A DNA stretch of 61,567 nucleotides, filler included. It is 10 parts of 10 records of this genome, joined end to end, with 100 filler letters (N's around TTAATTAATTAA, not from the genome) between each part and the next. Parts side by side here need not be neighbours in the genome. Positions count along the whole stretch, not along the records: positions 1 to 13,316 come from SRR7504441_510; 9 more parts are not named here. The stretch is one strand, 5' to 3'. The position numbers and the translations under genes are program-made. Shown here piece by piece: positions 1 to 12,187 of this stretch. Position 1 is the first letter of the stretch. The number at the start of each line of letters is the position of its first letter. The notes beneath the pieces were generated by a model that saw nothing but the letters and a program-made list of their open reading frames with translations, made no database searches and was not told the DNA's origin.

Positions 1-275
1 TGTGTGTTGAATTGACATGCGCGCGACATATACATGCATTCTACGTACGGCGTACATGATTTTCTACGTAGTACGTACGGTGTACGTACATACGTACATA
101 ATATAATATAATATTATTATATTACAAAGTCTCAATATATACTCGATGTACCCAATAGCTAGTCGAGCTCGCGAGTCTCTCAAAGCTCGATGTACCCAAT
201 AGTCTCAAAGCTCGAGCTCGAGCTTTTCAATGTCACTGAGTCTCATGCTCAAGCTCGAGCTTTTCACCAAGTCTC
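1..275. repeat. Low-complexity intergenic tract: TACGTA-rich, then CTCGAG/TCTCAAAG-rich with a 17-nt direct repeat
   Basis: Repeated tacgta in 42-100; ctcgatgtacccaatag at 142 and 186; several gctcgagc. Confidence 0.7.
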
Positions 276-554
276 AAACCCCATTTCCGAGCTTTGGCCC
301 CTGAAACCGGGTGTGGATCGCAGTCACGTTGCAAGGCGCGCGGGCGCGCAAGGCGCAGATTAGGCCGCGGTTGGTTATGCTCTAGTTATACTCTAGTTAT
401 ATGCTCGCCGCTGCAGGTCTCGAGCAGCTCGCCGCGACCCGGAATCCGGTCTCGGCCAGTCGTTGGCGCGTCCGGGTGCCCTCAACACCACGGCAGTACA
501 GTACATCGAGTTCCGTTGTTGAAGCAGCTCTTGCCTCTTTGGGCGACGCAGAGC

Positions 555-1616
555 ATGCTCCAGGCGGGCGTGCTGCTGGCGCTGGCCACGCTGTCCGGGG
601 CCAAGGCGCAGGAGGTCCGGACCGGCCGTGTTGGCGTGCAGCGCTCTGACTGGACCGGGGGCAGGAGACTACTATCATCACCTACGGCAGCAACTGGGAG
701 CGCGTCAAGGTCCGAGAGCAGGTGCGCCCCCGCTCCCACACCCCCGCGAGCGAGGGCCGTGCCAGGTGGCCAAGCCGCCGTCGGAGAAGATGCGCTTCTG
801 CGCGCACTACTACGGCAAGGAGGGAGGGTGACGGATCACGTGATACCTCCGTTCACGAGGTGGGCGGCAGGAAAGCGGGCTGGGCAAACTGGGAGGAGTC
901 CAACTGTACCAACCCTTTCAACGACGTGTGCATGATGGTGCCGCATCGGCGTCGCGTACCAGACTGCGGCTGGCAGGTTAAGGGGGAGGCCGAGCTGCAG
1001 CCGCTCGTGTTTGAGACTCGGTTCCTTCGGTCGTGCTACAACCGCTGCCCGTGCAACGAGAGCATCCCCTGGGAGCTCTACGGGTGTGTCAGGCTGTTTG
1101 CTAGAGGATATGATACTGAGTTTGCTGACCGAATGCTGAGTGGGTTTGGGGGTGCAGCAAGACGGCCACTACTAACCTGACGTGGAACAAAAAGTCCGTC
1201 TTATCTGGGGTCCAGGCTCACAAATAGCGGGGTCAGGTGTACGATGAAGCCTCCGACAGACTACAGGCTGTCATCGCGGAACTATCTATGGCCATCGTAC
1301 AAGACCGTAGATGTGTACTGCTGCAGAAAGTGCGTCAACTCGCCTAGATTCCTGTCTGCAACGGCGTGAACTTGTGGTAGGTACAACTATCCGAGCATCG
1401 AGCCGGATGGTAGATGGATGTATGCAGATCGAGGTGCCTGATGCAGTTCTAATATCGCTGTTGCTCCACCCACAGACGTGTTGATGGCGCGCTGACAACA
1501 GTGTGGCAGGCGAGGCGTGCAACAATTGGGAAATCGACGGTGCAATGCGCAGTGCGGCCAGTTTACTGGTGCCTTTGCTAGCACTGCTTTTCGGTCCGAT
1601 GCTTTATCACATGTAG
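555..1616 (+). CDS. Secreted, GPI-anchored Cys-rich protein, Ly6/uPAR (three-finger)-like; about 8 short introns
   Basis: Manual splicing gives signal peptide MLQAGVLLALATLSGAKA, 10 Cys in the order FC..NC..VC..RSC..RC-PC..KC..CC..CN, several N-glycosylation sequons, and a hydrophobic tail (SAASLLVPLLALLFGPMLYHM*). All inferred introns are GT-AG. Confidence 0.65.
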
Positions 1617-1860
1617 CAATAGAGACTTGTTGGTATTCACCCAGATTTGTGAAACCATCATGACTCAATTTAATAACATGTAACTTATCAATTTAGTCAA
1701 TACTTACGTACCGCACACTATCTTATACGTATCTTACCGACACCTATCGTACGCGGGTGCTAGTTTCAAGATGTCTGAGCAACTCAGCAGTCTCAGCTAC
1801 AGCTCGGCTCTATTGGGAACAAACCCAAGGGCGAGCGAGATGTATAGTCGAGCTTCTCAC

Positions 1861-4048
1861 TCAGGCATTCCGGCAGATCGCACAGCCGAGGCAGAATTCT
1901 GTCCCGGCCTTGGGATGCTCCACCTTGAGCGGACACACGTGAGCACCTTGACAGATCGGAAAGTCCGAAAGCTTCTTCTTTGTCATTGCTGCGGGCGTAC
2001 CTTGCTTTTTATGGCACTCGTCGCAAAAGTGCGTGTTGCCCCAGCAAAACCAGGAGGCTATCGTGCAGCAGAACTTGCACTTCCATTCTATAAACTCTGA
2101 GCCGTGGATAGGGCAGACCGACCCCGAACCGGCCATCGAGCACCGACTGCACACCAGCTCAGCTGGGTCAAACTGCCGCTCCTCCTCTACCGCCTCACAC
2201 GCCCGCTGGCCGCCAAAGTACGGCTCGGTGCACTTGTGGCACTTGTAGTACGCAAACTTCTTGAGCGCAAACTGGAGCCTATCCCCGTTGAAGTGGCTCT
2301 CGATTTGCGGATGGTCGCCGAGCTTTTCGAGTTCCAACCGCTGGACCGCCTTCTGGCTCACCAGCTTGTACAGCTTCATCCCTTCCACCATCACCGGCTC
2401 AAGGCTCGGATGCTGGATCAGCTTCTTGCAGAGCGGACAGCTCATGTGTCCAAAGGTAATCCTGGCCCCTGTGTACCCTTTCTGAATCTGGCCGCGCAGG
2501 CAGTCTGCGTGAAATATGTGTCCACACGCCAGCTTGATGCACGGCTCACTGCCTAGGTCTGCCACCCAGCATATGTTGCAAAAGTCGTCCCGGGAGTGCT
2601 CCTCCGATGAGTTGCAGCCCGGATGAAGGCACGGGAGGCACTCACGCTCGCCGACCACGCCGCCGCACAGATGGCCACACGGGAGCACCTTGAGGCAGCC
2701 CTGAGAGGCGCATTTCCTGCACTCAGACGAGTCGCACACATTTTCAATTATATGCTGGGCACGCTGGAGCATGTCGCGCTTACTCATTGCCCACTGCTCG
2801 GTCTGGAGCTCTAATTTGGAGAGCAGCGCCTTGGTCTGTTGCAGGTTCTGCTTGCCTGATGGTATCTGCGCCTTGTTCACCCAGACACCCTGGCAATAAA
2901 AGCACTTCTTTGCCGCGGTCCACTGTTCAAACCCCTCACAGCTGAACCCAATGTGATACGGCACCCGCCCACATTTGGAGCAAAACACCGTATCGCACTT
3001 GCGGCAACGGAACCGGTACCGAGCTGCGTGCTGCTGCGCCTCTTTGCTGACCAGCTGACCATCCAACCCGCGGGCAGTCGCTTGGGTGCTGCCAGTCGGG
3101 TCCGGCGACCCGATCACCAGCTCCACCACATTATGGCAGTGCGGGCACTCGATCAGGTCTGCCGCGCCCTGGATGGCCTGGGTGAGCGTGAGCGTCGCGT
3201 ATTTCTCAAACAACTCGCCCTCCACGCTCTGTCTAATCTCCGTCTGGCCTAACTGGTACGAGCACCCACCCACGGCCGGACAGCCCGGCGCCGGCCCCTC
3301 CGGGGCACTCACGAACCGCTCCACCGCCCCGGCCACGCAGACCCTGCATAGTCTGTGCTCGCACCCGGGGATCGTGAGCACTGAGGCTAAGTCTGGCATC
3401 ATCTGCTCACAGCAGCTGCACTTGAGCTCAGCCGCCCGGAGCGCCTCGAAGGCCGACTGCTCCTCGCTCGCCCGGGCCTGCTGAGCCTCCAGCGCGAACT
3501 CCTCCATCAGCTGCCGGGCGAGTTCCTCGTCCCGGGCCATGAGCGTCGCCGGCGACTGCGGGAGCTCCAGCCCTTGCTCGTGGGCCTGCCGGAGCTGCTG
3601 CACGTGCCGCTGCTGCTCCTCAAATACCCGGACCATCGCGTGCAGCTCGGCCAACTCCAGCTGATCTACCCTATCCAGCAGCCCAGCCATAGTGGCGTCC
3701 GTCCGCTCAATCCACCCCGCGCTCGGCAGTGGATCCTGTCCCCGCAGTCAGCCGACGGGAGGAGCGGGGCAGGGGGGGGGGCTGTGGGGTGCCGATGCAG
3801 CAGTCCACGTGCCGGATCAGCTCGTCCATCCCAATCAGGTTGATCCCGCATATTGGGCACCGGTGCACTTCCAGTGTGTCCCGCGGGTCGATGCACTGGT
3901 CGGGCGACGGCGGGCCAAGCTCCATCGGGGAGCCCGGCGTGCTGCTGGCCATCCTCGCCCCCGCGCACCTCCCACCAACTCCCCGGTCCGAGCTCTGTGG
4001 GAGCGGCGCACGCCGGTACAAGGCAACCAGCCGGGTCCGCGCCTCCAT
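1861..4048 (-). CDS. E3 ubiquitin ligase: (UBZ)-RING1-IBR fused to a MYCBP2/Highwire-type RING-Cys-relay C-terminus
   Basis: ORF 1861-3690 has RING1 (CSCC..CEHRLCRVC..CPAVGGC), IBR (CPHC..CRKCDTVFCSKC..YHIGFSC), then CGHLCGG..CLPCL, CNICW..CGHIFHADC..RITFGHMSCPLC, YYKCHKC..YFGGQRAC, KCKFCC..WFCWGNTHFCDECH and CPLKVEHP..EFCLGCAICRNA. Upstream ORF 3707-4048 has UBZ-like CPIC..IRHVDCC; its splice junction to the main ORF is unresolved. Confidence 0.9.
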
Positions 4049-4110
4049 AAAATAAAATAAAAATCAAGTCGAAGAAGCTGATCCAGAGTGCAGTGGGCTG
4101 GCGCAGCGGG

Positions 4111-5391
4111 ATGGCGGAGTTGGTCGCAGCGCGGGAGCGCGCGGTGCTGGATCGGGCGGCGGCGGACGCCAAGGTGAGCTCCCGCCGCCCCGGTCCGACT
4201 GGGCGGGCAGGCCGCGCTGGCCGCGACAACGCCGTCGAGCACAATCTCGGTGCGGCCGGGGGCCCCTCACCAGGCGCTGAGGGCCGGGCAGCTGCAGCGG
4301 TCGGCCGTGATGACTGAAGCGGCCACCCTGGCCGAGATGCGACAAGTGCGCGGCATGGGGGCAGTGCATTGATTGGGGCGCACAGGAAATGAACGCTACC
4401 TGGGCTGGGGCGCTCTCATCCACAATGAAGACAGCAAGCCAGGGAGGCAGCCGACGCCGCGGCCGGAGCTAAGCGGCTGCAGGAAACGAGTCGGCCACCC
4501 GGGTCTCGGCCATGCTGGGCGAATCGGTAAGTCTGCCAGGCCTGGAGCAGGCGGCCGACCGGTCCCAGGCCCGGCCGCTGCCTACTGCTCCTACTCCGCT
4601 CTCTGACGCCATCCGCGACCGCGAAAGAGTGGAACGGGTGGGCTGCTGTGGCTGCACTGCTTGACCTGCTGACCTACACAGGCGAGGGAAGACGCGGCTA
4701 GGATCATGGCGGTAGCATCGCCACCGGGACTGATTGGCAGCCCGTCGGCTGGCGTGAGTCCGACGGCCCTGACACCGCCGCGTACCAAGAAGAGCTACAG
4801 ATTCGGACACTTGAAGCAGAGACTGAACGAGATGTGCTCCAAGAGACCAATGACCACTTGCAGGCCGCCCTCGACGCCGCTGGGGTGAGCGACGGGCAGC
4901 GGGACTTGGCGATCCAAATCAAAGAGCTTGAGGCTCAAATCAAGCGCACAGAGCAGTTGCATACTGCAGAGGTGGCGCAGCTCCACGAAGCTTGGGCAGC
5001 TGAAATGACGCGAGCGGATGATGCCGACAAAGGCTGCTCAGCTTTAAATGAAGCAAGCCAGACAGCATTATGCGAAGCAAAGAACCAACTGCCACCGAGT
5101 TCATCAGCTGAATTGCAAGCCATCTTGATAGAAGACCGCGCCAGCTCTCTGGGGCGCATGTTGGAGATGATTCAAGCCGTTAACTTGGCTCAGAAGATGC
5201 TATCGGAGGAGAAGAGGCTAGCACACGATCAGGTGAAGGAACTGACCACCAAGCTTGAAGCTGAACGAAAGCGACACGTTAAACAGCTGAAGCTTTTGGT
5301 AAAAGGCAAGGGGGACGAACGATTAGAGGCAATCGTCGAGTCATTGCAGCAAGAGCTCGAGGAGCTACAAAAAGAGAGAGCATTTGACTAA
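4111..5391 (+). CDS. Coiled-coil protein of unknown function, multi-exon
   Basis: ATG 4111 is followed by ~40-nt GT-AG introns; the last exon (ORF 4834-5391) is E/K/L/Q-rich and heptad-like. Middle exons are not fully resolved. Confidence 0.6.
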
Positions 5392-5669
5392 TCTTGTTGC
5401 AATTAAACGTACGAGTACGTGGCTATAAATTTTTAAATTGCGTGTACTCGTACGTACTTGTACGAGCCAGTACGAGCATTACTAGAGCATTACGGTATTG
5501 ATATTTGTTCCCCACCGGGTAGTTGGGGAAGGAAACACGAAATTAGTATTCACTACCTGGTCGGGGGATAAAACACTAAATAAGTCCAGGTGGAATGGGT
5601 GGCCCGATAGCTGGAGGGTAGTACTCAGGCTTGGAGCCGTGCTGACTCGTCACCTCGGACACCTGCGAT

Positions 5670-6567
5670 CTATGTAAATCGGCCAGCCGTGCCTGACGGC
5701 ACCTTCACATCAATAGGCACTAGTTCGACCCGCAGCTCCGGCGGCTTGGGCTCACAAGTCGGCTTGAACCGTCGGAACTTGGACGCCTGCACACAGATGG
5801 CGCAGTCGCGTCGAAACACCTGGGCACCAGCTGGGTTGCCGCACCGGGCGGCTGCACTCACGCCATGGTTGCACAGGCTATTCATCACGGCGAGACACAG
5901 CGAGCACCCGGACCTGTCTAATGTCAGCCGGGTCTATTCGCCCCTCACCGCCTCCGTCCGTGCTCACAGATACTGGCGCCTCCGCATTCCTTACACACAG
6001 ACCGGATACGGTTGTGCTGGCAGATGCTCGCCCCGCCACACTGCTTGCATTGGGTCTTCTGCCGGCCATGGGTGCACAGCGATGCTCCCCCGCACTCCGG
6101 GCACCGGCAGGGCCGGCGGCCGTGCTTGCACTTTGCCTTGACTCGCTTCCGCTTACCCGTGTGCGCCTGGCCCGGCTTGCGCGGGGCGCGAAGGGCATGC
6201 TAACCGGGAAAGTAGTTATGGGCGGCACATCTAATGGAATCAAAGAGAACTGCTGAGCCTCTGCTGCCCCCCGACCTTACCCAAACCACTCTGGTGTCTT
6301 CCGCGGTCTCACCAGTTTCCGAGGATGCCGGCTCCGGGTCCATAGCGCCGTCCGCCCCGAGTAGCGCCGGGGCTGCTGGTGCCAGATACTCCAACTCGGG
6401 CGGCCGGGGCACTGCCACCTCGTGCACTTTCGGCATCCGGCGGACCTGCGGTCCGATCGGTGCGCGGCGTGGGGGGCACTGCGCACCGGAGGGACTATCA
6501 CTTGCTGGATGGGGGTCGGTGCGAGGAGCCCGGGTGATAGCGAGGTGGATGCCGCTAGGGCCTCCAT
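5670..6567 (-). CDS. Tandem CxHxRxxxxCxxCGG zinc-finger-like repeat protein, 5 introns
   Basis: Spliced product reads ..GKRKRVKAKCKHGRRPCRCPECGGASLCTHGRQKTQCKQCGGASICQHNRIRSVCKECGGASICEHGRRRSGCSLC..CNHGVFRRDCAIC. Introns of 41, 40, 38, 35 and 42 nt, all GT-AG. The core exon is missing from the ORF track. Confidence 0.8.
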
Positions 6568-7078
6568 CACCACGCCTCAACAACACTCAAGCACAGGCTC
6601 TGTGCGCACTCATGCCCCCGCTTGTGAAACCTTGGAACACGGAGTCAGCAGGGTGATCAATCCATCACATGAAAGTTTCTTGATCTTGTCAGCGATGTAA
6701 TGCAGCATGCATGCGTAGTCTATACCGGGCGTCGAGTCTACAAAGGCCCTTGGATCCCGATTACACGTAGCACGGTTTAGTTGAAAAAGGACTACATGTA
6801 TACGTCGGTCATCTCATCGCGCGATTAGCACGTCCTCAACTGGTGGGATAATTATCGCGCTATGACAATATTATGAACGCGAGCTCGGATGTGGGTGAGC
6901 CCTCCGTCAGAACATTTGATTAACATTTGATGAGCAGCTCATCAATCACTTATTTACTTGTAGTGAATACCTCCCTAGTGCATCCTGCCGTGTACCTGCA
7001 TCCATAAAGCCCAGTCACCATTACACCATCAGTCAAACGGTCAAGAACCGACTAATCAATCCGTTAACAAATCTCAAG

Positions 7079-10000
7079 TCAAGCAAGGCTCACCGGATTG
7101 CTCCCTGCCATGGTATGCCTGCGAGAAGCACCCGGTAGACCATGGAATTCAGGCACACCTGCCAGCAGAGCTTCACATTCGAGCAAACACACGCGAGCTA
7201 CCTGCTAGCGCTCGAACATGCGATAAGATAGAGCCCTCCAGGCCAGAAGAGGAGGCGGCTGGATAGCCTGCACCCAGCAGTGAGTCTTACGCCACGGCAA
7301 GCAGGCACCTCCTTCTAGCACAGATACGACCCGGCCTTCGCAGAACCGGTCCGCCACTGCACACAATTCGCATGTAGCCCACTCAAAGTCCTGCCCGCAC
7401 ACAGGTTAGTGGTTGGGTTGCCATGTAGGTAGGCCGACCGCCTCGGTAAGCAGTGTGCCGCCCAGCTTGTCGCCTGCAGAGCTTAGTCAGGTCAGCTGCA
7501 GCTTCTTGCGCACCTCGGTGGGCGTCGAAACCTGCCGAGATAAACAGCATCTGTGGCTGGAATAGCTCAAGTGCTGGGAGCAACTGGCGTGAGAAGACAC
7601 TCCTGAGGTCAACCACAGATTATTCTCAAGACACTAAAAGAGTCACCGGAATGCCGAGCCATCAAATCCCTTTGATAGCGGGATGTTGTGAAGGTTCATT
7701 GAAGGATGAAGCGGAGCCGCGCCTGCATTGGCCGGGAAGAACCCCTGCCCATGACGATGCACCGAGGCGAAGAAGGTGTTCAGGTCCCCGGCCACGATCT
7801 CCTCGGTGCCGTTACCATGGTGCACATCGAAGTCGACCACAGCCAGCCGTGTCAACCAGGGCGCCTGAAGTCGGGCGTGCACCATGCCTATAGCTACATT
7901 ATTCAAAAGGCAGAACCCCTGCGACGCCTCCCCCAACGCCAGCCCGTCCCGTCCGGCGTGATGGCCAGGGGGTCGCACACAACAGAACGCGTTCCGGGCT
8001 TCTCCTGCAATCACCATCGAAACCGCCTGGCACACGGCGCCGCTTCCGTGCAGTGCTGCATTGTATGAGTCGGCAGATACCACAGTGTCCAAGTCGCCGG
8101 ACTCAGGATTCAATGGGAGCAAACATCCCTGGGCCCCAGCCGCGGCGCATAGGCTCTGCAGCTGCGACAGATACAGAGCTGTGTGGACACACCGAATAGA
8201 GATCGGGCTGATGGCTTTGGCTTCGCTCTGCAAAACTATGACCTCATCTGGCATCTCGGAGCCGATGGTCTCATTGATCAGCTGCATTGCCTTGGACTGG
8301 CGCGCGGGCTGCTCCATATGCTGACTGGGTACCCTGTGCCCTAGGCACTGGCTGCTGTACACAACCGCAGTGTATGTTGAGCCCACTGGGCGCGGCGGTG
8401 GGGTGAGTTGATGCAGGCTGCGAGTGCACAGTAGCGTCAGCCGCTCTAAATTCTGTCCAATCGCCGTCTGTAGCGGCACTGGCTTGCAGAGCCAACGGAT
8501 GAGTTTGATCTTCTCCAGTGCTCGCGCCGCTGCATAGTCGTCAGCCAGTGCCATGGCTCCTTCGCGGAACATCTGGGCCGAAATCTGTCGGAGCCAGATT
8601 GCAGACATTTCGGCGACCTGCAAGAGCAGCTGTAGTGCGCTACGGGCCTGCAGTTCTTGAATGAACTGCTTTTGGACATCGATCTGATGAGAGATCTGAT
8701 CCAAGTTCTGCTGGGCCGCAACTCTGGCACCCTCGAGACGCTGCAGGTGATCCACAGCGAAATGTAGCTCATTAGCAGACAAGCTGTTTACTTGAAGCTG
8801 CTGAGTGCTGAGTTGCATTAAGGGCGTCTCCATGCCCTCCGGCTTGGGCGTGAAATCAGTTGGGTCCGACTGTCTGGGCCTAAACTCCGACTGCACCAGG
8901 CGCTTCCTTTTGGCAACGTCCGCGTCCAGGTTGCGGCACGCCCGCTGCAGCTCCCACGCCAGAAGAGATATGTCTAAGGTGGCATCAAGCAGCCCATCCT
9001 GTGCCACCTCGCCCCCGGCACAGTGCCATTTGCCCCAGTTCTCAGCGGCGTGGTCGAGCCTCACATCCGGTATTGGGAAGGGCAGGCTGAACCGAGGCTC
9101 GTGTGAGAGCGCGTGCAGCAACTCCGGGCTTGGTTGGTCCCTTGTCGGGTCCGGCAGCCGCTTGCACAGCAGCTTGCATATGGTGAGCAGTGCGTTGACC
9201 TGCTGCTCTTTATCTACTGGCGCCTGCTGCTGCACCACAGGCTCCGGCTGGATTTCTGGTTCAAACTCTTCTAAGGGAATCAGACGGGGCCGTTTGGCTG
9301 CTACCACATCCGCATCTTCACCAGGCCGTTTGACTCTGGACTTGTAGGAGGAAGCCAGGTGGCATTGGCAGTCTGGCTTATGGTTGTAACGGCCACACCC
9401 AGAGCCTGGGGGGCCTCTGGCTACCTTGGGTTTGGGCTCACCCCTTTCGTGGGAAGGCGGCACCTTGCGCATCAGAGGTCTCTGCTTAACCACCGATGAT
9501 TTGCTGATCTTGGGGTTGATGTGACATTGGCAGTCGGGCTTGTGCTGGAATCGGCCACAGCTCGCAGCTGTGCCTTTCCATTTGATGGACGCCTTCAATG
9601 CAGCTGCTCGTGAGCTCGAGTCGGCTTGAGCTGTGACTTGCGTGGTTCCATTGTCCTTCTTGACAGGCGGTGGCGGGGCCAGCAGCTGCTTTTTGGCTTG
9701 CTTGCCCCGAGGCTGCTGCTTGGGGATCGTAACGAGAGTCGAGATCGCCTTTGGCAGTTCGGTTGGCACGCGGCAGCCTGGCCCGTTTGACAGAACAGCC
9801 TTGATTTGTTGAAGGATAACGCTGGGCTGGGTCTCCTCTGAGGAGAGCGCGCAGCTGATCACCGACATGAGCTCGCAGCACGACCACAACGTCTCCAGGC
9901 GCAGCACCGAGTGCCGAAGCATCTGCGACAGACAGAAATCAGTCAGGTGGTCAGTTGGCAGCTGGGCGCAGGTACCTGTCGCATGACTCCAAAGGCGGTC

Positions 10001-11792
10001 TGGGCGATGGCAGTCCTTGGCACCTGGTCGGAGGGCTGCATCAGGTCCCGCCATGGTTTGCTCGCCAGTTGAGCGTCGATATCAAGCGAGCTGTCTTCCT
10101 GAGATCCGTCTGCAGCGCTCGTATGCTGCATGTACCAGCTGCAGCACTGGTCAGGCGTGGCTAAGTAGCTCAGCTTCGGGAAGGTCTCAGTGGCCAGCTT
10201 GGCGGCCTCAGTCGCCATCGCGTAGTGGCACCGGACCGCTCCATTCCGAGTGGCCTGACTCTCCCTCGCAGTAAAAGCGAGGTGCGCTGACAGCCCTTCT
10301 GCGATGGCAATGTCCACCAAGTGGCAAGCAGAGAGTTGCTTCTCCTGCTCGCCGAGGAGAACATCAGTCATCTGCTGAGGCTTGACTCGAAGCGACCCAA
10401 AGTACTGCGCACTGTCCCGCAGCTTGGTCACCATCCTGTCGAAATGACTCGCGTTTCCGCCAGGTGCGCTGAACTCACAAAACGGCTGGGTCTGTTCGCC
10501 AGTGATCTGTATCGAGCCCAGATTGGCGCACAGCTGGACCATCACTTCCTGGTCAGCGTGTGGCTTGTCCCGATCTCCGAAATCGTAAGGTGAAAGCACG
10601 ATTGCTGGCCACCAGAGCGGCGGCTTGCCGGGCTTACATTCCCACTCGGCCCACACCACGCTCTGCTCCATCAACACATCATTGGCCGTGGCCTCGGTCA
10701 CGTGCAACGCCTCCCGCTGGCCGTCATCGTAGCTGAGCGTGATCCTGTGGTTCGCAGTGGCTCTCAAGATGCAGCCCTGATACCACGCGTTGTCTTGTGA
10801 CCAGAACACCCTCACCCTCACGGTGCCCCACGCCGTGCATCGGAGGCACCGGTCGCAGACCCCGATCTTGAAGTGGCGCGCGCCAGTGCCTTGCCCCTGG
10901 AGCGAAAAAGTCGCACAGAGGCAGCTGTCCTCGAGCTTTTGCTGGTAGGTGCCATCAGCGACCGACTGGATCGCCAGCTCTCTCGCGGCGTCGACCGGGT
11001 TGCTGAACATGTTGCCCTGCCCACCGACCTGGCTCCAGCGCTGCCCGCCCCCGGCCCCTCCCGCGTGCCGTTGAATGTACATGAAACCAGAGGCCGACGT
11101 GGCCTGGCACCGAAGGTCAGCACCGAGCCGAGTGTTAATCAGCCACAGACTTAGCCCCGCTAGTTAATCAGCAGTGGCCGTCAGGCGGGGCGCTGCTTAC
11201 TGCGCGCAGCAGCCTCCAGTCGTCGATGCTGTCTTCGGTGCCGCCATCGTCCGCCTGCTGTCCTCCTCAGCAAGCAAGCCAACACGTGCACGAGACCGGC
11301 GCGTCATCCTGTTGCTGATCCAGCCAGTCCGAGCACAGGTCGTACATCGCCTGGTAGTTCCTGCGCACCGCCAGCTCGCCCGCTCCCCAACGGGCAACCG
11401 ACCATTCGTCCTCCGCGCTGTCCTGTTTGAGCTCTCCCGATATAAATTTGGTCAAGGCGAACGAAGGGCAGCCTGCACCAGGCTCAGAACATGGCCGTGG
11501 CCAGACCCGACGCGGCGGAGCGAATCCAACGGGGTGCACCCCCCGGACTGGTTGGATCCAGGTCCGGGCCAGCCTAATTGCGTCGGCGGTCGGCACGCCA
11601 GGGGCCAGCCGGCACGACTATGGGCTCGGGACTGGCCGTGGCCCAGGCGGCCGGCCGTAGGGGGGGCTGGGCCGACGGCTTGGGTTTGAGACGGGCAGGG
11701 CTTGGGTTGGCGCCCGGGGGCGGGTGGGGCGGTCCAGGCGAGCCCGGGGCACGTCCCCACGGGGCCTGGGCGGCTCTTCCGCTTGCAAACAT
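7079..11792 (-). CDS. Class II-type histone deacetylase with N-terminal Tudor-like and PWWP-like domains
   Basis: Deacetylase motifs RPPGHHA, GFCLLNNVAIG, VDFDVHHGNGT, ISAGFDAH and (after splicing) SVLEGGY. Tudor-like VRVFWSQDNAWYQG..LSYDDG and PWWP-like VVWAEW..LWWPAIV lie in ORF 9943-11082, joined by a 53-nt GT-AG intron. Start and extreme 3' end are uncertain. Confidence 0.85.
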
Positions 11793-12187
11793 GCTAGCAG
11801 GGCTTGAGGATCAGCCGCGCGTCGAGAGGAATGGCTTATAGTAGACCCACGGCCCGATTCCGAACCCTGGCCGCTTGATCCGTCGGCCCAGTGGGGGCCA
11901 GACCAAGCCGGGGGCACCTGGGCGGCTAACGCGACCAATCGCCCCAGCCGGACTGGGCGGGCGACGCGACTGGGCGAGTGGTACCTGCTGCCTGGGCCAC
12001 TGCGTGCCAGCGGTCGGAGCCGTAGTTGGCGGTGACCTCCCGCAGTCGCTGGACCAGTTGCTCGTGTGATGTAGCCATCGGGCGAGTCTCACGGTTCCAG
12101 CATCGCGAAAGCCGTTGAATCCACGGCAACGGCACGAAGCTGCTTTTTCGACTCATCAAGCCGGGGCTGGGTGTGTGGGTTGTCGTC

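Noticed and set aside
5508-5590. 7-bp hairpin ttcccca..tggggaa with an imperfect ~30-nt direct repeat
   Set aside because: Too short and single-copy to support a MITE or ncRNA call.
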